Shown here: piece after piece, positions 41,346 to 54,749 of the stretch | Position numbering within the stretch: position 1 is the stretch's first letter | How the letters are laid out: the number at the start of each line of letters is the position of its first letter | Assembly: GCA_964016885.1 (NCBI GenBank) | Contig: OZ024763.1 | Coordinates: 22,382,001 to 22,446,000 of the forward strand | Length of the DNA stretch: 64,000 bases | Direction of reading: 5' to 3' | Source of the DNA: Eledone cirrhosa | Taxonomy: Eukaryota | The notes under the pieces: generated by a model | The model's input: only the letters and a program-made list of their open reading frames with translations | What the model was told of the DNA's origin: nothing | Database searches by the model: none | Translations under genes and position numbers: made by a program

Positions 41346-42876
41346 TACGGGAATACAGCACTTACAATATACTATATATTTAAACAGAAGTTTTCTAGGT
41401 CCGGCAGATAAGACGCATGCTGATTTTTTGATTTTTTTTTTACGTATTTTCATGGAGGGAAAAGATTCGAAACAACCCCATACTTAAGTCTTTGTACTAT
41501 ATTATAACTTAGCATAAGTTACAGAGCTAAACACACTTCAAAACATTTAAGATGTAGATTATTTTTATCAACAAGGTTATAAATATTATATAACTTTAAA
41601 TAATTTAATTAATATTAAAATTTAATAATTAGTGATACTCAAATTACCTAAAACTAATAAAGAATTTAATAATATTTAGTCAAACATATAGAAAAAGAAA
41701 CTACTTTAAAAACACAAAAAACTTATTAATTTTTAATTTTTGTTAATTAGTTGGTAAATAAATATTTAATTAAATTATTGGTGTGTACATATAAAATATA
41801 TTGCGCTTGTTTTAGTTTCGTAGACGAAAGGTCTGTCTATCCATGTGTTTTAGCGTAGGTGCGTGTTGTGTTGTGTTTAAACTAGGTCAACTTTAATTGA
41901 GCAGATGTTTGATGAAAACGGTTCCAACCAAGACCACCCCGTCCTTTTAGGTGGTATCTACGGTTGTTAGACAACGGGCGATATGATTTGCGGTATATAC
42001 TTACGGTCTTTTACGTTCTGAGTTCAAATCCCACCGAAGTTAGCTTTGCCTTTCATCTTAAAAGTACCAGTAACGCACTGGGGTCGATTTAATCGACTTT
42101 CCCCTCCACCCCCGAAATTGCTGGCCTTGTGTCTAAATCTGAAAACATTATTAATGTTGAACAATGCGACAGTGCTTATTTTAGATGGTGGAGGTTGTTA
42201 TTTGAGGCAGACTTGGCTGCTATTTCTAGCAGGTCGAGCAAGCAACCTCGTAAAGGCATTCTCACTGATCAAAGCAAAGGATATTCCACTAATGACCATC
42301 TCATTTTATTTCCACCCCCACCCTTATATACCTAGGACTTCGTTGCCTAATGTATTCTTCTTAATATAGTAGGAGAGGGAGTGGTATTTGTGGCATATTT
42401 GGCTGCTATTTCTAGCAATACAACCAACCACGTTAAGGAGCTCTCGTAAATCAATATTATGTGCGGTCATTGAACCCTTTGAAGTCAGTTCCGATACAGC
42501 ATCACCATTCTCGTCGTATTCTCTCTCCCTGATAATTTCCGACTGTACTATACAATATATTATTATTATATTCTTCATTTTCAAAAAAGACATTGGTGAT
42601 GATGGTGAGAGTGTAATTCGAGGCATATGTTGCTGTTGTTACTAGCATGTCAACTCCCACCTCGTTTGACTTGTGTTGTGGTGGGGGGTGGGGTGTCTTT
42701 TATCACATCACGTTTGCAAAAGATAACACACACACATATAGTGTGTGTGTGTCTCCTTTTCTTTTTCTCTCTCTCTAATCTAGCTAGATCTTTTAAGATA
42801 TTAAAAGAAAATTCTACATTCTACGTACAAACCACTCCACACATAAATAATGTGTAAACATATTGAAGTGAATTGG

Positions 42877-42966
<90 letters not shown>

Positions 42967-43094
42967 GTGTGTGTGTGTGTGATTTAAGCAGCGTTCAATT
43001 ATCGACGAATCTTTATAATTAACAGAAAGAATTTTAAGTTACATAATAATAAAAAAATGGTAATGAATAAATATATAGAATTTTACACACACAT

Positions 43095-43142
<48 letters not shown>

Positions 43143-43826
43143 ATAGAGAGAGAGGTTTGATCACCAGACCATACTTTTAGCTAACTGGTGAATTCGTTTA
43201 ACATGTTTGGTGATGAGATTATGTATACATGTATACCTTATATATATATATATATATAGGCGACATGTGGAGAGATGCATGCTAAAAAGGACCCGTCCAA
43301 CCCATGCAAGCGTGGAATGACTGTCGCAAGAATGAGTCCTCAATATCACACTAACACAGATTAATATTTCATATTTTCTTTATTAAGGCCAACTTTCGGT
43401 CGTCTTCAGGAGTTTCCCCTGTGTACCCAAAGGAACAACAGGACAGATAAGACGAGTCTTATCTGATGATCGTGTGGGGGTACACAGTCTAAAAATCCAG
43501 GGTAACAAAACAACTAAAACTTGGCCTTAAGAATATGTATATATAATATATGTACAGAATGTCTAATGGGTAGATCCCAGTCATCTAAAATAAAATAAAA
43601 AAAATCTTTACAAGTATCTTACCCTAAGGGTAGAATATTTTTCGTTAAGCAACCTGAAGCTTTGAGGGCTCAACAAATATATATATGTGTGTGTGTGCAC
43701 GCGAGAAAGGGTACACGAATAGACAGAACGATAGAACGAACGAACAATAGCTAACAGTTAAATCCTTAAATCCCTCGGCAGCCGTCCCCTGAAATAGACG
43801 CGCTTTCACACATGTATATATGTGTC

Positions 43827-43859
<33 letters not shown>

Positions 43860-44658
43860 TTATGGGAATCCCTGATCCCTGACAACAGATCTCAAAATAA
43901 AGAAAAAAAATTTAAACCACGTTTGATTTCCCACAATCATGGCCTATACATAACACACACTTTAGGGTTCGTTTGTTAGGGTTCCCTCCAGCTATACACA
44001 CGCACACACACACACACATATATATATACACACATACACATACACACAGCACTTTTTTGAAGTGTTGAATATATATAAATTAGAATTTTTCCGCATCCGC
44101 ATAATGCTAACCATATTTCTATTATATAAATAACATCAGAATTAAGTGATCAAATTACACAAATTTTATTTTATATTTATATATACACACTGTGTATTGA
44201 ATGCTGTTGATCACATTTCTAAACACACAAACTTATATATAATTAAGGGTGGATTCCCGGTGGAGATCGAGGAATGACCACATATCAATGAAACAGTTCT
44301 AGTCCTGTAGAAGTCACTCTTATATAAAATATAGATCTGATGATTTCATACGAATGAAACAGTTCTAGTCTTGTAGAAGTCATTCGTATATAATATATAG
44401 ATCTGATGATTTCATACGAATGAAACAGTTCTAGTCCTGTAGAAGTCCATTATATATACACACACAAAAGTCGAGGTTAACTTTGCCTTTCATCCTTACG
44501 GGGTCGATAAAATAAAGTACCAGTAATCGACTTTCCCCTCTCCCAAAATTATTGGCTTTGTGCCTAGATCAGAAATCATTATTATTATAACTACTAATAT
44601 AAAATCAAAGATATATACATATATATAATTATATAAATATATAAAAAAAGATACCTAC

Positions 44659-44867
44659 TAGTGGTCAAGATATTGTCGTGTCCATTCCAAGCATTCACCT
44701 TCCACCTCACACTGGACAATGTGGTCATAATACAATTGTATTTTTTTGTCTTGTTCGTCTTCGGCCAGATTCGATCCCCCGGTCGATCTTCTCTTCGATC
44801 TCAGATGTTGACAGAAATTATCTAGAAACCGTCTATAAGAGAGCGGGTCATTGCCGTAGGATGCCAT
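44659..44867 (-). CDS. PPM1E: PPM1E-like PP2C phosphatase, first coding exon
   Basis: MASYGNDPLSYRRFLDNF...EVEGECLEWTRQYLDH + TA|GTAGGT donor (phase 2). YRRFL and EVEGExL match the recalled N-terminus of vertebrate PPM1E (YRRFLELF...EVEGESLDLCLQQLYKY). Confidence 0.85.
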
Positions 44868-47241
44868 TCCTGTGGTGATAGTGATGATGGTAGTGCTTGT
44901 GGTTGTGGTGGTGGTGGTGGTGAGGTGGTGAGGCGACAAGGTTCGGCATTAGCTAAAACACGGCGACAACACCAACAACTTTTACTACTACTACTACTAT
45001 AACAACACAACATAAGAGATTATAAGCCTGTCTTTCAAGTGTAAATGAGTTATATATATGTGTGTGTATGTATTTATATATATCCGTACGTAGTTGATGG
45101 CACAGAGGAAAAGAGCACTCAATACCAAAGTGAGAGTTGTTTAAATATTCATTTTATTAAGGCAAAAATAGTGAGTCTTGTTACTCTGGAGTTTCGCCTA
45201 AGACTCGCACACTATTTAGCCTTAATAAAATAAATCTACATATATACACACACTTCTATATATGTGTATACTGTATATACACATTTATATATATATATAT
45301 CCTATATACACGCCTGTGTCTATGTGTATATGGACAGCTTGTCTTCTATCCTCTGTTCTGCAGAGAGATTTTACACTGCAGTGAAAATGAAAAACAAAAC
45401 AAAGCACTCACCCCCCTTTCCTCCTCCTCCCTTCTTCTCTCTCCCTCCACCCTTCTTTTCGCTCTCTCTTTCACACGTTTTCTCCCACTTTATTCCTCCT
45501 CTCTTGTGTCACACACCCTCTCTCCCTCCCATTCACTCTTCTCTCTTCTTTTCTCTCTCGCTTCTCTCCCATTTTTTTTTACACTTACTCTTTCTCCCCC
45601 TCTCTCCAATTCTATTTTACTCTCTCTCTCTCCCAATCTGTTTTACTTTCACACTTTCACTTTCACACTTTCTTTCTCTATCTATCTGTCCATCTCTCTT
45701 TCTCTCACACTGTATTTATCTATCTATCTGTCCATCTCTCTTTCTCTCACTCTGTGTTTATCTATCTATCTCTCTCATTCTCCCCCTCAGTATTCTACTC
45801 TATCTACCTCTCTTTCTTTTCTCTTTTTCTCCTCCGTCGTCTTCTCATCACTCTCACCACTCTCGCTTATCATTCTTTCCCCTCTCCTTCTCTCTGCCTT
45901 TGTGATAGACCTCCAGCACTTCTCCTACTCCGCCCACTACCCTTCCATACTTTTTCTCGTTCTTTTCTTTCATCTTTTCTCATTCAAGCGGTTATTTTTT
46001 CCCTCTCCCTCTTCCATCCACACCCTCTCCCTCCATCCACGCTTTCTCTCTTTCTTTCTATAGACTACATATACATCTCTTGCACTTTGTGTGAGAGAAA
46101 TATATATACATACACACATATATATAAACACATATATACACATACATATTCTTTATTTTAACAGCTTGACTTGTTTTTGCATTACCAGATGGTTTCGTGA
46201 CCGTAAATACAACCATTTCGTTTAGATGCAATATATATATATGTATATGTGTGGACAGAAAGAGTATATAATATATATTAATTTATATACATCAATCAAA
46301 CTTTCTCTCTCTCCCCTCCTTCCCTCTCCCTCTCTCTTTCTCTAGATATATATCCATATGGTTTCTCTCTTACACTCCTCACCCCATATGTATTTGGAGA
46401 AAGGGTATATATGTGTATATATATATTATATATTAAATTTAAGCCCAAATCTTTGTAGAGTTATATATATATGTGTATGTTTTACTCACCACCTCCATAA
46501 ATTTATTTCGTCTATTCCTACTCGCTTATCTCCCTTGCTTCTCCCTCTCTCTGTATTTTATTTTCCCCTTCTCCTATCTCTCTCCCCCCCTTTCTCCCTC
46601 CCCCTCTCTCTCTCTCTCTTACCTCTACTATCTCATCATACATAACACCTTTTCCCGTCACAAATCTTTCTTTCCCTAAGACTGTTTATTTTGGTTTATT
46701 TCTTTACTCACTTATCTACCCCTGTTCTGTTTTTTAACGCTGAATCTTCCTGACAATTACGTTAAAAGTACACGTGTCTGTTGATGCTTGTGTCACTTAC
46801 GCACACACACATACATACATATACATACACACAAACATGCATGCACACACATATACAAGCATACACATACATACACACTGACACATACATATACGCACAC
46901 ACATACATGCATACACACATACATACATACACACACATACTTATACATACATGCACACACACATGTCAATGAGCATGCTGTCCTATGGATCAAACAACTA
47001 GTGCGCTCATCGTCGCAACTAATGGAGATCCATGTATTCTATTTTTTTCTATTTTTTTTTTAGTGTTTACACTATTCTATTATAACTGGGTAAATATTTA
47101 TTATTACACCCGACCAGGGCGGTGGATTGGCAGTATCGGCAGATCGTCGGACACTATGCTTCGTAGCATAGAGTTACGCCCCTTTACTCCTGAGTTCAAA
47201 TCCTGCTGAGGTTAGCTTTGCTTTTCATCCTTACGGGGCTT

Positions 47242-47386
47242 CAGTGTCGTATTTACCACAGTGCTTAAACACAGGACCCCGTTGGTCAGGTGTGGGGCAT
47301 CTTCTTGCCCCAAAATATTTGCGATGAATTTTTCAAAGGTCAAACGTTGAAAGCATAGGACTTCGTTTGTCCTAAATCCGGCACTG
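47242..47386. mobile_element. hAT-like MITE inserted in a SINE
   Basis: Termini CAGTGTCGTATTTA / TAAATCCGGCACTG interrupt the SINE motif CGGGGTCGAT; TSD degenerate. Confidence 0.6.
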
Positions 47387-47510
47387 CGAGGGTCGATAAA
47401 ATAAAGTACCAGTAACGCACTAGGGTAGATTTAATTGACTTTTCCCCTCTCTTCCCGTCAAATGGTTGGCCTTGTGCCTAAATCAGAAACCATTATTACA
47501 GCCAACCATG

Positions 47511-47700
47511 GCGGTGGATTGGCAGTATCGGTAGAGGGTCGGACGCCATGCTTTCCAGCATAGTTACGTCCCTTTATGATCTGAGTTCAAATCCCGCCGA
47601 GGTTGACTTTGCCTTTCATCCTTACGGGGTCGATAAAATAAAGTACCAGTAAGGCACTGGGTAATTGCTGGCCTTGTGCCTAAAGTAGAAACAATTATTA
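47511..47700 (+). mobile_element. SINE family 2 copy
   Basis: Same head, B box and central domain as 4368-4550. Confidence 0.85.
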
Positions 47701-48267
47701 CAGCCAACCATACGTGTTTAAAAGAAACCAAGAATCATAGGTAAAACATTTCACTTTCAAAATTCTATCGAAACCTATCAACTAATTTTTTTTTGTATGG
47801 TATGGTATGGTATGGTATGGTGCCGTAACCCCTGAGAAGTCTTAGGGGTATCATGTTGACATACGACATTTCTTGGGCATTTTAAACCTGGCGGGGCCCA
47901 CCACTCTCCAGGCCTGAGTACGGCAGATTTCAGAGAAATATAAAAAGTGAAAAAAAAAAGGAAATGAGAAAGAGATATAGAGGAAGAATGGATCCCCCAG
48001 TACTAGACTGGTACTTCTTTTTATCGACCACGAAAGGATGAAAGACAAAGTTGACCTCGGCTGTGTTTGAACTCAGAAAGCAGAGCCGGAACTAATACCG
48101 TAAAACATTCTATCCGACGTTCTAACGATTCTGACAATTCGCCGTCTATGTCAACTATTTACCTTTAAAATAATAATTACAAATTAAAACAAATTATTAT
48201 TACAATTACACATGTATTTCTTACTTTTCTTTGTTCACTTTTGAAGTTTTGTCATTCTACACCTTGG

Positions 48268-48458
<191 letters not shown>

Positions 48459-48979
48459 GTTAGAGCAAACATCACGGGCGCTCTATCTCGAAATTATTTT
48501 TGAAAAGCATTAGAAATGCGCAACCGGTAAAACTTAAAACCCAAACTGAATACTAACCAATACTATTACTAATTCTCACTTATTCCTAATTAAACTATTT
48601 TTCCGTTTACCAATATATATATATATACACATACATACAGATAGAGAGAGAGTTTTTAACCACTATATATATATATAATCATCATCGTTTAACAAACGTG
48701 TTTGTGTGGAGATAAACTATAAGAAGGCGTGTATGTGTTACATTGTCACTTTCTATCGAAATATACATCACTGTTTTTTTCCCCTCTTTCTATACTTTGT
48801 CTTTTTTTCTTCCCTCGCCCTTATATCTTTTGCTTTTCTCCCTCTATCTTCTCTCTCTCTACCTTTTAAAATATTTTTTTTTCTTTCTCTCTTTTCTTTC
48901 CTTTCCTTCCCTTTTTTTCTTCCACTCTTTCTTTCCTCTTTTTTCTCCCGCTCTCTCTCACATATTCCCCACCATTTCA

Positions 48980-49090
48980 CTACTTCCTGTTGTCAATTTA
49001 ACAAACTCTCCTCTAATTTGACCTGCATTCTATTATTTTTACACACTTTTTGATGACGTAGCCACTTAATGTCCTCTGTTTTGGCGCCGT
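48980..49090. promoter_or_regulatory. Candidate promoter motifs between the divergent genes
   Basis: ACTTCCTG (ETS-like, ~48982), TGACGTAG (CRE-like, 49054) and TTTTGGCGCC (E2F-like, 49079) within ~110 bp of otherwise AT-rich DNA. Motif matches only. Confidence 0.35.
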
Positions 49091-49309
49091 CTTTAAGTGA
49101 GACTTTACAATCGTTTGTTTATCATTCCACTTCAAATAATTGTTTTTCTATCAAACCAGGAACCCTTCACGTAATTAAATTCTCTTTATTATATTTATTT
49201 AATTAATTATAAAAAAAATCTCATTCACTTCTCACTTTATATTTAAAATATTTTGTGTGTGTATGTAAACTATTTATTATAAAAAAAATAAACACTAAAT
49301 TCTCGTCAG

Positions 49310-49504
49310 TTGATAGAAAGAAAGAGAGCAGATTTTCTTACTCTTTACCCTTGGGTAAGAGGTAGATGTCTTATTTGGGACACAATAGTCCGCGACTCTT
49401 TTGCTCCTTCCCTCATCCTGGATGCTGCGATAAATTTGAGGGTCGCTACATCCGTAGTCGAATTGGATAACATTTTAAAATACCACGAATTATCAGTAAA
49501 CTAA
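49310..49504 (+). mobile_element. RLE endonuclease fragment of a CRE/NeSL-type non-LTR element
   Basis: KRADFLTLYPWVRGRCLIWDTIVRDSFAPS...KY.EL matches the RPDG.T..PW..G..L.WD.T..D..A.S...KY pattern. Confidence 0.7.
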
Positions 49505-49524
49505 TATATGTATATATATATATA

Positions 49525-49630
49525 CACCGATGGATTTGATGGTCGTGTTGTGGTGTTGATCCGTTTGTTGCGTGTGTACTCACTTGTAGCTTGTTGTGTG
49601 ATAGTGTGACCACAGGTTGCATGTGTGCAG
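49525..49630 (+). other. Candidate non-coding 5' exon of RAD51C (start approximate)
   Basis: Consensus donor CAG|GTAAGT at 49630/49631; a polypyrimidine acceptor ending ACAACAG at 52020 lies upstream of the ATG. Confidence 0.4.
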
Positions 49631-50584
49631 GTAAGTGAGTAAGTGTTTAATAAGATGATGATGATATGATAGTTCCTTGATCAAGCAGAAAATGAATATA
49701 TATAAATGAACCACAATAACACCAAACCGCTATATTATTTCGTTTCTGAATTTGTTTAGCAAGATTCTTTATCTGAAAACGTGTGTTGAAAATATTGTTA
49801 TACTTTGGGAGGGTCATGTTGCCAATAAGAAATACACGCACCAGTTGCTTTCCCTCCAATTTATTATAAATTTAAAAAATTTATAAATTTCCGCCGAAGC
49901 TATACGAAAAATACATAAGAATTATGGACGTTATTTGTTTGTTTGTAAAAGTAGAGTTAAAGTCATATTTACGAAGAAAACTTTATGAACTTCACTGGCT
50001 GTGTTGAGAGAGAGACCAAGAGATAGAGATTGAGTAAAAGAGAGTCAGGAAGATCCAAAGGGTCTGTGGAAAGCAATAGTTTACATGTTTACTCTATCAA
50101 GAATCGCTCTGAATTGCCTGACCTGGCTATTTATCTATGTCGCTTCCTCTGTCTCCAAGACTTTTGAACAAAGGGCTGACCTTTTGAGGTTGTCCAATCA
50201 CAGACCTGTTGACCCTCAAAAGGAGATAACCCAGTAAATGACCGCTAAATGTGACCCCGGGGTCAAGGTGTGGACAGATTTCGCTACAACATTACACAGT
50301 GATATATATAATAGAAGCCCTAAGAAGTTCACTCCGTCATTACCATAACAGAAGTCCGAGGAGCCTTTTGATTCCGGAGTTGGGCTAGATCGATATTGAT
50401 CGTACCTTGAGCTGATCAATCGCAAAATTCGCGTTACACTTCAATAAACGTAATGAAGATCTAACACTTCATCCTTTTTATTATTAGTATATATATATAT
50501 ATAAAATCAGAAACTTATTAAGAGTTAGGGTATCTACAACTGTAGTTTTATTATTTTTAATATAAATATATTGCATTTGTATTT

Positions 50585-51153
50585 AATAATAATAATGATA
50601 ATAATAATAATGAAATTATTGTGTAAAGTGCTCAGGTGCACTACAACTCGTCAATATAGTACATAGAATAATACACAAATGCCAGGGAAGTACATGTTTG
50701 TATGTGTTAGCTGTAGTGTTGGCGGATCTCGGGAAGCATGGAGGCCTTAAAGGATGCAGTGTCTCGACAGCTAACAACTGATGCAGGTAGTTTGTTCCAT
50801 GCTTCAGCAACTCTGAGCGTGAAAAAATGTTTCCGAAAGTCATGGGAACTGTGCTGTTTTCTTACTTTGTGGGCATGTCCACGTGTGTTAGACACATGGA
50901 AATCGAAAAGGCACTCAGGGTTGTTGTTGGCAACATGGTTAACAATTTTGTGGGTGTTTACCAAGTCAGTTGCCAGGCGTCGGAGCTTCAATGAATCCAT
51001 GCCCAGGGAAGCAAGGCGCTCAGAGTATGGTAGATACCTGATGGAGGGTATTCGCCTGGTTGCACGTCTCTGAACAGTTTCCAGGCGGTCAATGTCCTGA
51101 GCAAGATAGGGGTTCCAGACTGGTGATGCAAATTCTAAGTGTGGTCGCACCAT
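50585..51153 (-). mobile_element. CR1-like LINE 3' end
   Basis: VRPHLEFASPVWNPY..DIDRLETVQRRATR...TRGH..FFTLRVAEAWNKLP; (ATT)n tail. Confidence 0.9.
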
Positions 51154-52164
51154 TTACATGTTTGTCCTCAATAAATATAAACTAACAGATATCACCCACT
51201 TCCCCTGAGGCCAGCTTCCCACCCTCATTCATAGGTTAGTACCAGGCAGCCTAAAGCCCACTTTTATCACTGTTCTCCCACCCTGCTGTTGAAATGTGGT
51301 AGTACTGCTTTCACATTGAAATACACCCAGTCCACTCTGTAAAGTGGTAGTGCTGGTACCATGATAAAATACACCCAGTTCACCCTGTAAGGTGTTAGTG
51401 CTGGTACCACAACAAAAAGCACCCAGTCTACTCTATAAGGTGGTCATGCTGGTGCCATGACAAAGTCCCAGTACATACTATAAAGCAGTTTTGATTAGGA
51501 AGGGCCTCCAGCCATAGGAAACCAAGCCCAAAACAGAACATAAGAGCAAGACATGGTCACCTGACCTGTTTAACCTCAGAAAATGGTAACCTATCTTACT
51601 GATCCAAGCATAGAAAACATCTTAAATGATGATGATCCCTGTCTTGAAAGGTTTGTCTTGTCAAGTGCACAAACCCCTAGCAGTCCATAGACCCTATGGA
51701 TGCACAATCCCTTAACAGTCCACAGACACCTAGAGGTTCACAGACACCCAGGAATGCACAAACCCCTAGCTGTTCACAGACCCCCTAGAGGTCCACAAAC
51801 CCCTAAGGATGTGCAAAGCCCTAGCTGTCCACCAACCCCTAGTTGTCCACAGACTTCTGATATAGTAAGAAGAAACCAACACCAGAACCAATAATGGCAG
51901 GGCTAGCTGGTATTCTGATTTACTAATTAATTAGATTTCCCTAAAATATCAAGATTGGATTTGTTGATAATGAAATTTGAAATGTATTCATCTTTCTTTT
52001 CTTTCTCACCTTGACAACAGAGAATTGGTTCCTGAACATACAGAGATTTGATCCCTGAATGAAGTACCCCTAAACATACAGAGATTCGATCCCTGAACAT
52101 ACACAGAAATTTGGTCCCTGAATGAAGTAAGGAAGTACCCCTGAACATACACAGATCTTTGAGA

Positions 52165-52288
52165 ATGCAAAACCAACAAGATATCACTAGTTTCCCGATA
52201 CCACCCAACTACCAGAGCAAGCTGCTCTCGGCTGGGTATTTGGTTGTGGAAGATTTGAAAGATATAAAGCCATCAGAATTATGTCGAG
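52165..52288 (+). CDS. RAD51C: RAD51C coding exon 1
   Basis: MQNQQDITSFPIPPNYQSKLLSAGYLVVEDLKDIKPSELCR + G|GTCAGT; resembles RAD51C N-terminus (SFP...KL.SAG...KPSEL); phase 1. Confidence 0.92.
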
Positions 52289-52876
52289 GTCAGTATATAT
52301 ATATATATCTAAACGTATACACACACACACTATATGTGTATATATATATTGCATATATATATCGTATATGCTGATGTACAAGTTGATCTGGCACATAGGT
52401 CGACCCTCAAAAAATAAGGGTGTTGCAGGGAAAATAATTAAAAAAATAAGGGTGTTGCAGGGAAAATAATTCAAAAAATTTAGTGGCGCGCTAAAGGCTA
52501 AGACACTTCTAAAACACTTCAGTCACAAATTAGTTCTAACTCACTGAGTAAACCAGCCTAGCCTAACATTAACAAACCTGTGGTAACCTACCCTATGAGC
52601 TAGGGCAAGTAATTGATATTATTGTAATCTCTACATTAAAGAGACTTAACAAATATGAGATTCAGTAGGAAATAATTGTGATGGGCTGCTAAAGTTATGG
52701 TAAGTGGTGTATAACGAGTGTTAGGCAGTCAGTTTCACTTTTTACCACTCAGTGGTAAAGCTTCACATTTTATATTTGGTGGACAAGTCGACCCCTGGTT
52801 TTGGAGAGATATTTTTAGGCTTCAAATGTCGACTTGTAAGCCAGCATATACAGTAAATATGATATATATATATATA

Positions 52877-53232
52877 TCATCATCATCATCATCATCATCA
52901 TCATTTCATTTTACGTCCGCTTTTTCCTTGCTTGCAAGGGTGAGACGGGAACTGATGCTGGCTTGATTTCTACAGCTGGATGCCCTTCCTAACACCAACC
53001 TCATTTACAGTGAGTGCTGGGTGCTTTTTTGCCATGGCACCTCCACGACCACTTTGCAGTGGTATGATATGGACCCCAGTCCCTATCATCTCATTTCTAC
53101 AGCTGAGTAAACTGGAGCAATGTGAAATAAAGTGTCTTGCTCAAGGAAACAACACATCACCCAGTCTGAGAATTGAACTCACAACCTTTCGATTGCAAGG
53201 CCAATGCTCTAACCACTAAGCCATGTGCCTCC
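52877..53232 (-). mobile_element. Near-identical copy of the 11704 SINE in RAD51C intron 1
   Basis: Reverse complement with few differences. Related heads at ~14060-14163, 27000-27130, 37880-38015 and 38745-38860. Confidence 0.85.
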
Positions 53233-53483
53233 ATATTATTATAATATATATATATAATATCCATATATATATATATATTATAATAATAATAATTGTTTCT
53301 ACTTTACGCTCAAGGCCAACAATTTTGGGGGAGGAGAAAGTTGATTAAATCGACTCTAGTGCATTACTGGTACTTTATTTTATCGACCCCGTAAGGATGA
53401 AAGGCAAACTTAACCTCGACTGGATTTGAACTCAGGTTGTAAGGGGCCTAACTCTATGCTATATTGTTGTTTATTGTCGACAG

Positions 53484-53730
53484 ATTTGGAGATAAGTCCT
53501 GAAGCAGCAATGGAAATATTGAACTGTGTACTCAAGAATGGCACTCCGTTGAAGACTGTGTCTTCTGATAGTAACACCATCTCGGCTTTGGAATTATTAA
53601 TGAAGGAACAGAACATGCAGAGTATTGTGACTTTTTCTGAGAAACTGGATTCCATGTTGGGCGGTGGTGTACCATTGGGTAAAATTACAGAGTTCTGTGG
53701 CGCTCCAGGAATTGGTAAAACACAAATGAG
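53484..53730 (+). CDS. RAD51C: RAD51C coding exon 2 (Walker A)
   Basis: ACAG acceptor; ...SALELL...IVTFSEKLDSMLGGGVPLGKITEFCGAPGIGKTQM; AG|GTAAAT donor, phase 2. Confidence 0.97.
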
Positions 53731-54749
53731 GTAAATATCTGCCATTTAGTTCTTTGTGAATCTGTGAGTGTATGTATACATATGTGTGTGTCTGTGTATG
53801 TATACATGTGTGTGTGTGTAGGTATGTATACATGTGTGTGTGTGTCTGTCTGTAGGTATGTATACATGTGTGTGTGTCTGTCTGTGTAGGTATGTATACA
53901 TGTGTGTGTGTCTGTGTAGGTATGTATCCATGTGTGTGTGTCTGTTGGTATGTATGCATATGTGTGTGTCTGTTGGTATGTATGCATATGTGTGTGTCTG
54001 TTGGTATGTATGCATATGTGTGTGTCTGTTGGTATGTATGCATATGTGTGTGTGTTCTCAAAAGAGAGAATTTATGTTTGTATGAATAACATATGTCTGT
54101 TTAGCTTCTGACTGTGACAGCTTGGGAAATAGATGGAAATCGGCGATGATGATATATATATATATGTATGTGTGTGTATATATATATGCATATATCTATA
54201 TATATATATATATATATGTATGTATGCATATATATATGACACATACATATATACATATATATATAAACAAAACCGTTTTAGAATTAACAATTTTTTAATT
54301 AGCATTTCACAGTGTTTGGTTTTCATATCGGAATATATTAATAACCCCCCCCCGCCAAAAAAAAACATTGCTTCAATAATTATAGCTGGAGTGTACTTGG
54401 AGGGGTGGGGAGATTCACTACATCCCAGTCTGGGCAGTACCTGCAACAGCCACCCCACCTCACGAGGCTTCCTCCTCAAGTGTGCTGCCATCATTTTGAA
54501 CTAAGAAAACCGTTTTTTTTTTTTTTATGTAATAATTGTTTCTATTTTAGGCACAATGTTGGTTGTAAGTCAATTAAATTGACCCAGTGCATTACTGGTA
54601 CTTTATTTTACAACCCTGTAAGGATGAAACGCAAAGTTAACCTTGGCAGGATTTGACCTCAGATCATAAAGGGGCGTAACTCTATGCTGCAAAGCATGGC
54701 GTCTGACGCTCTATCGATCCTGCCAATCCACTGCTTAATAATAACGAAT

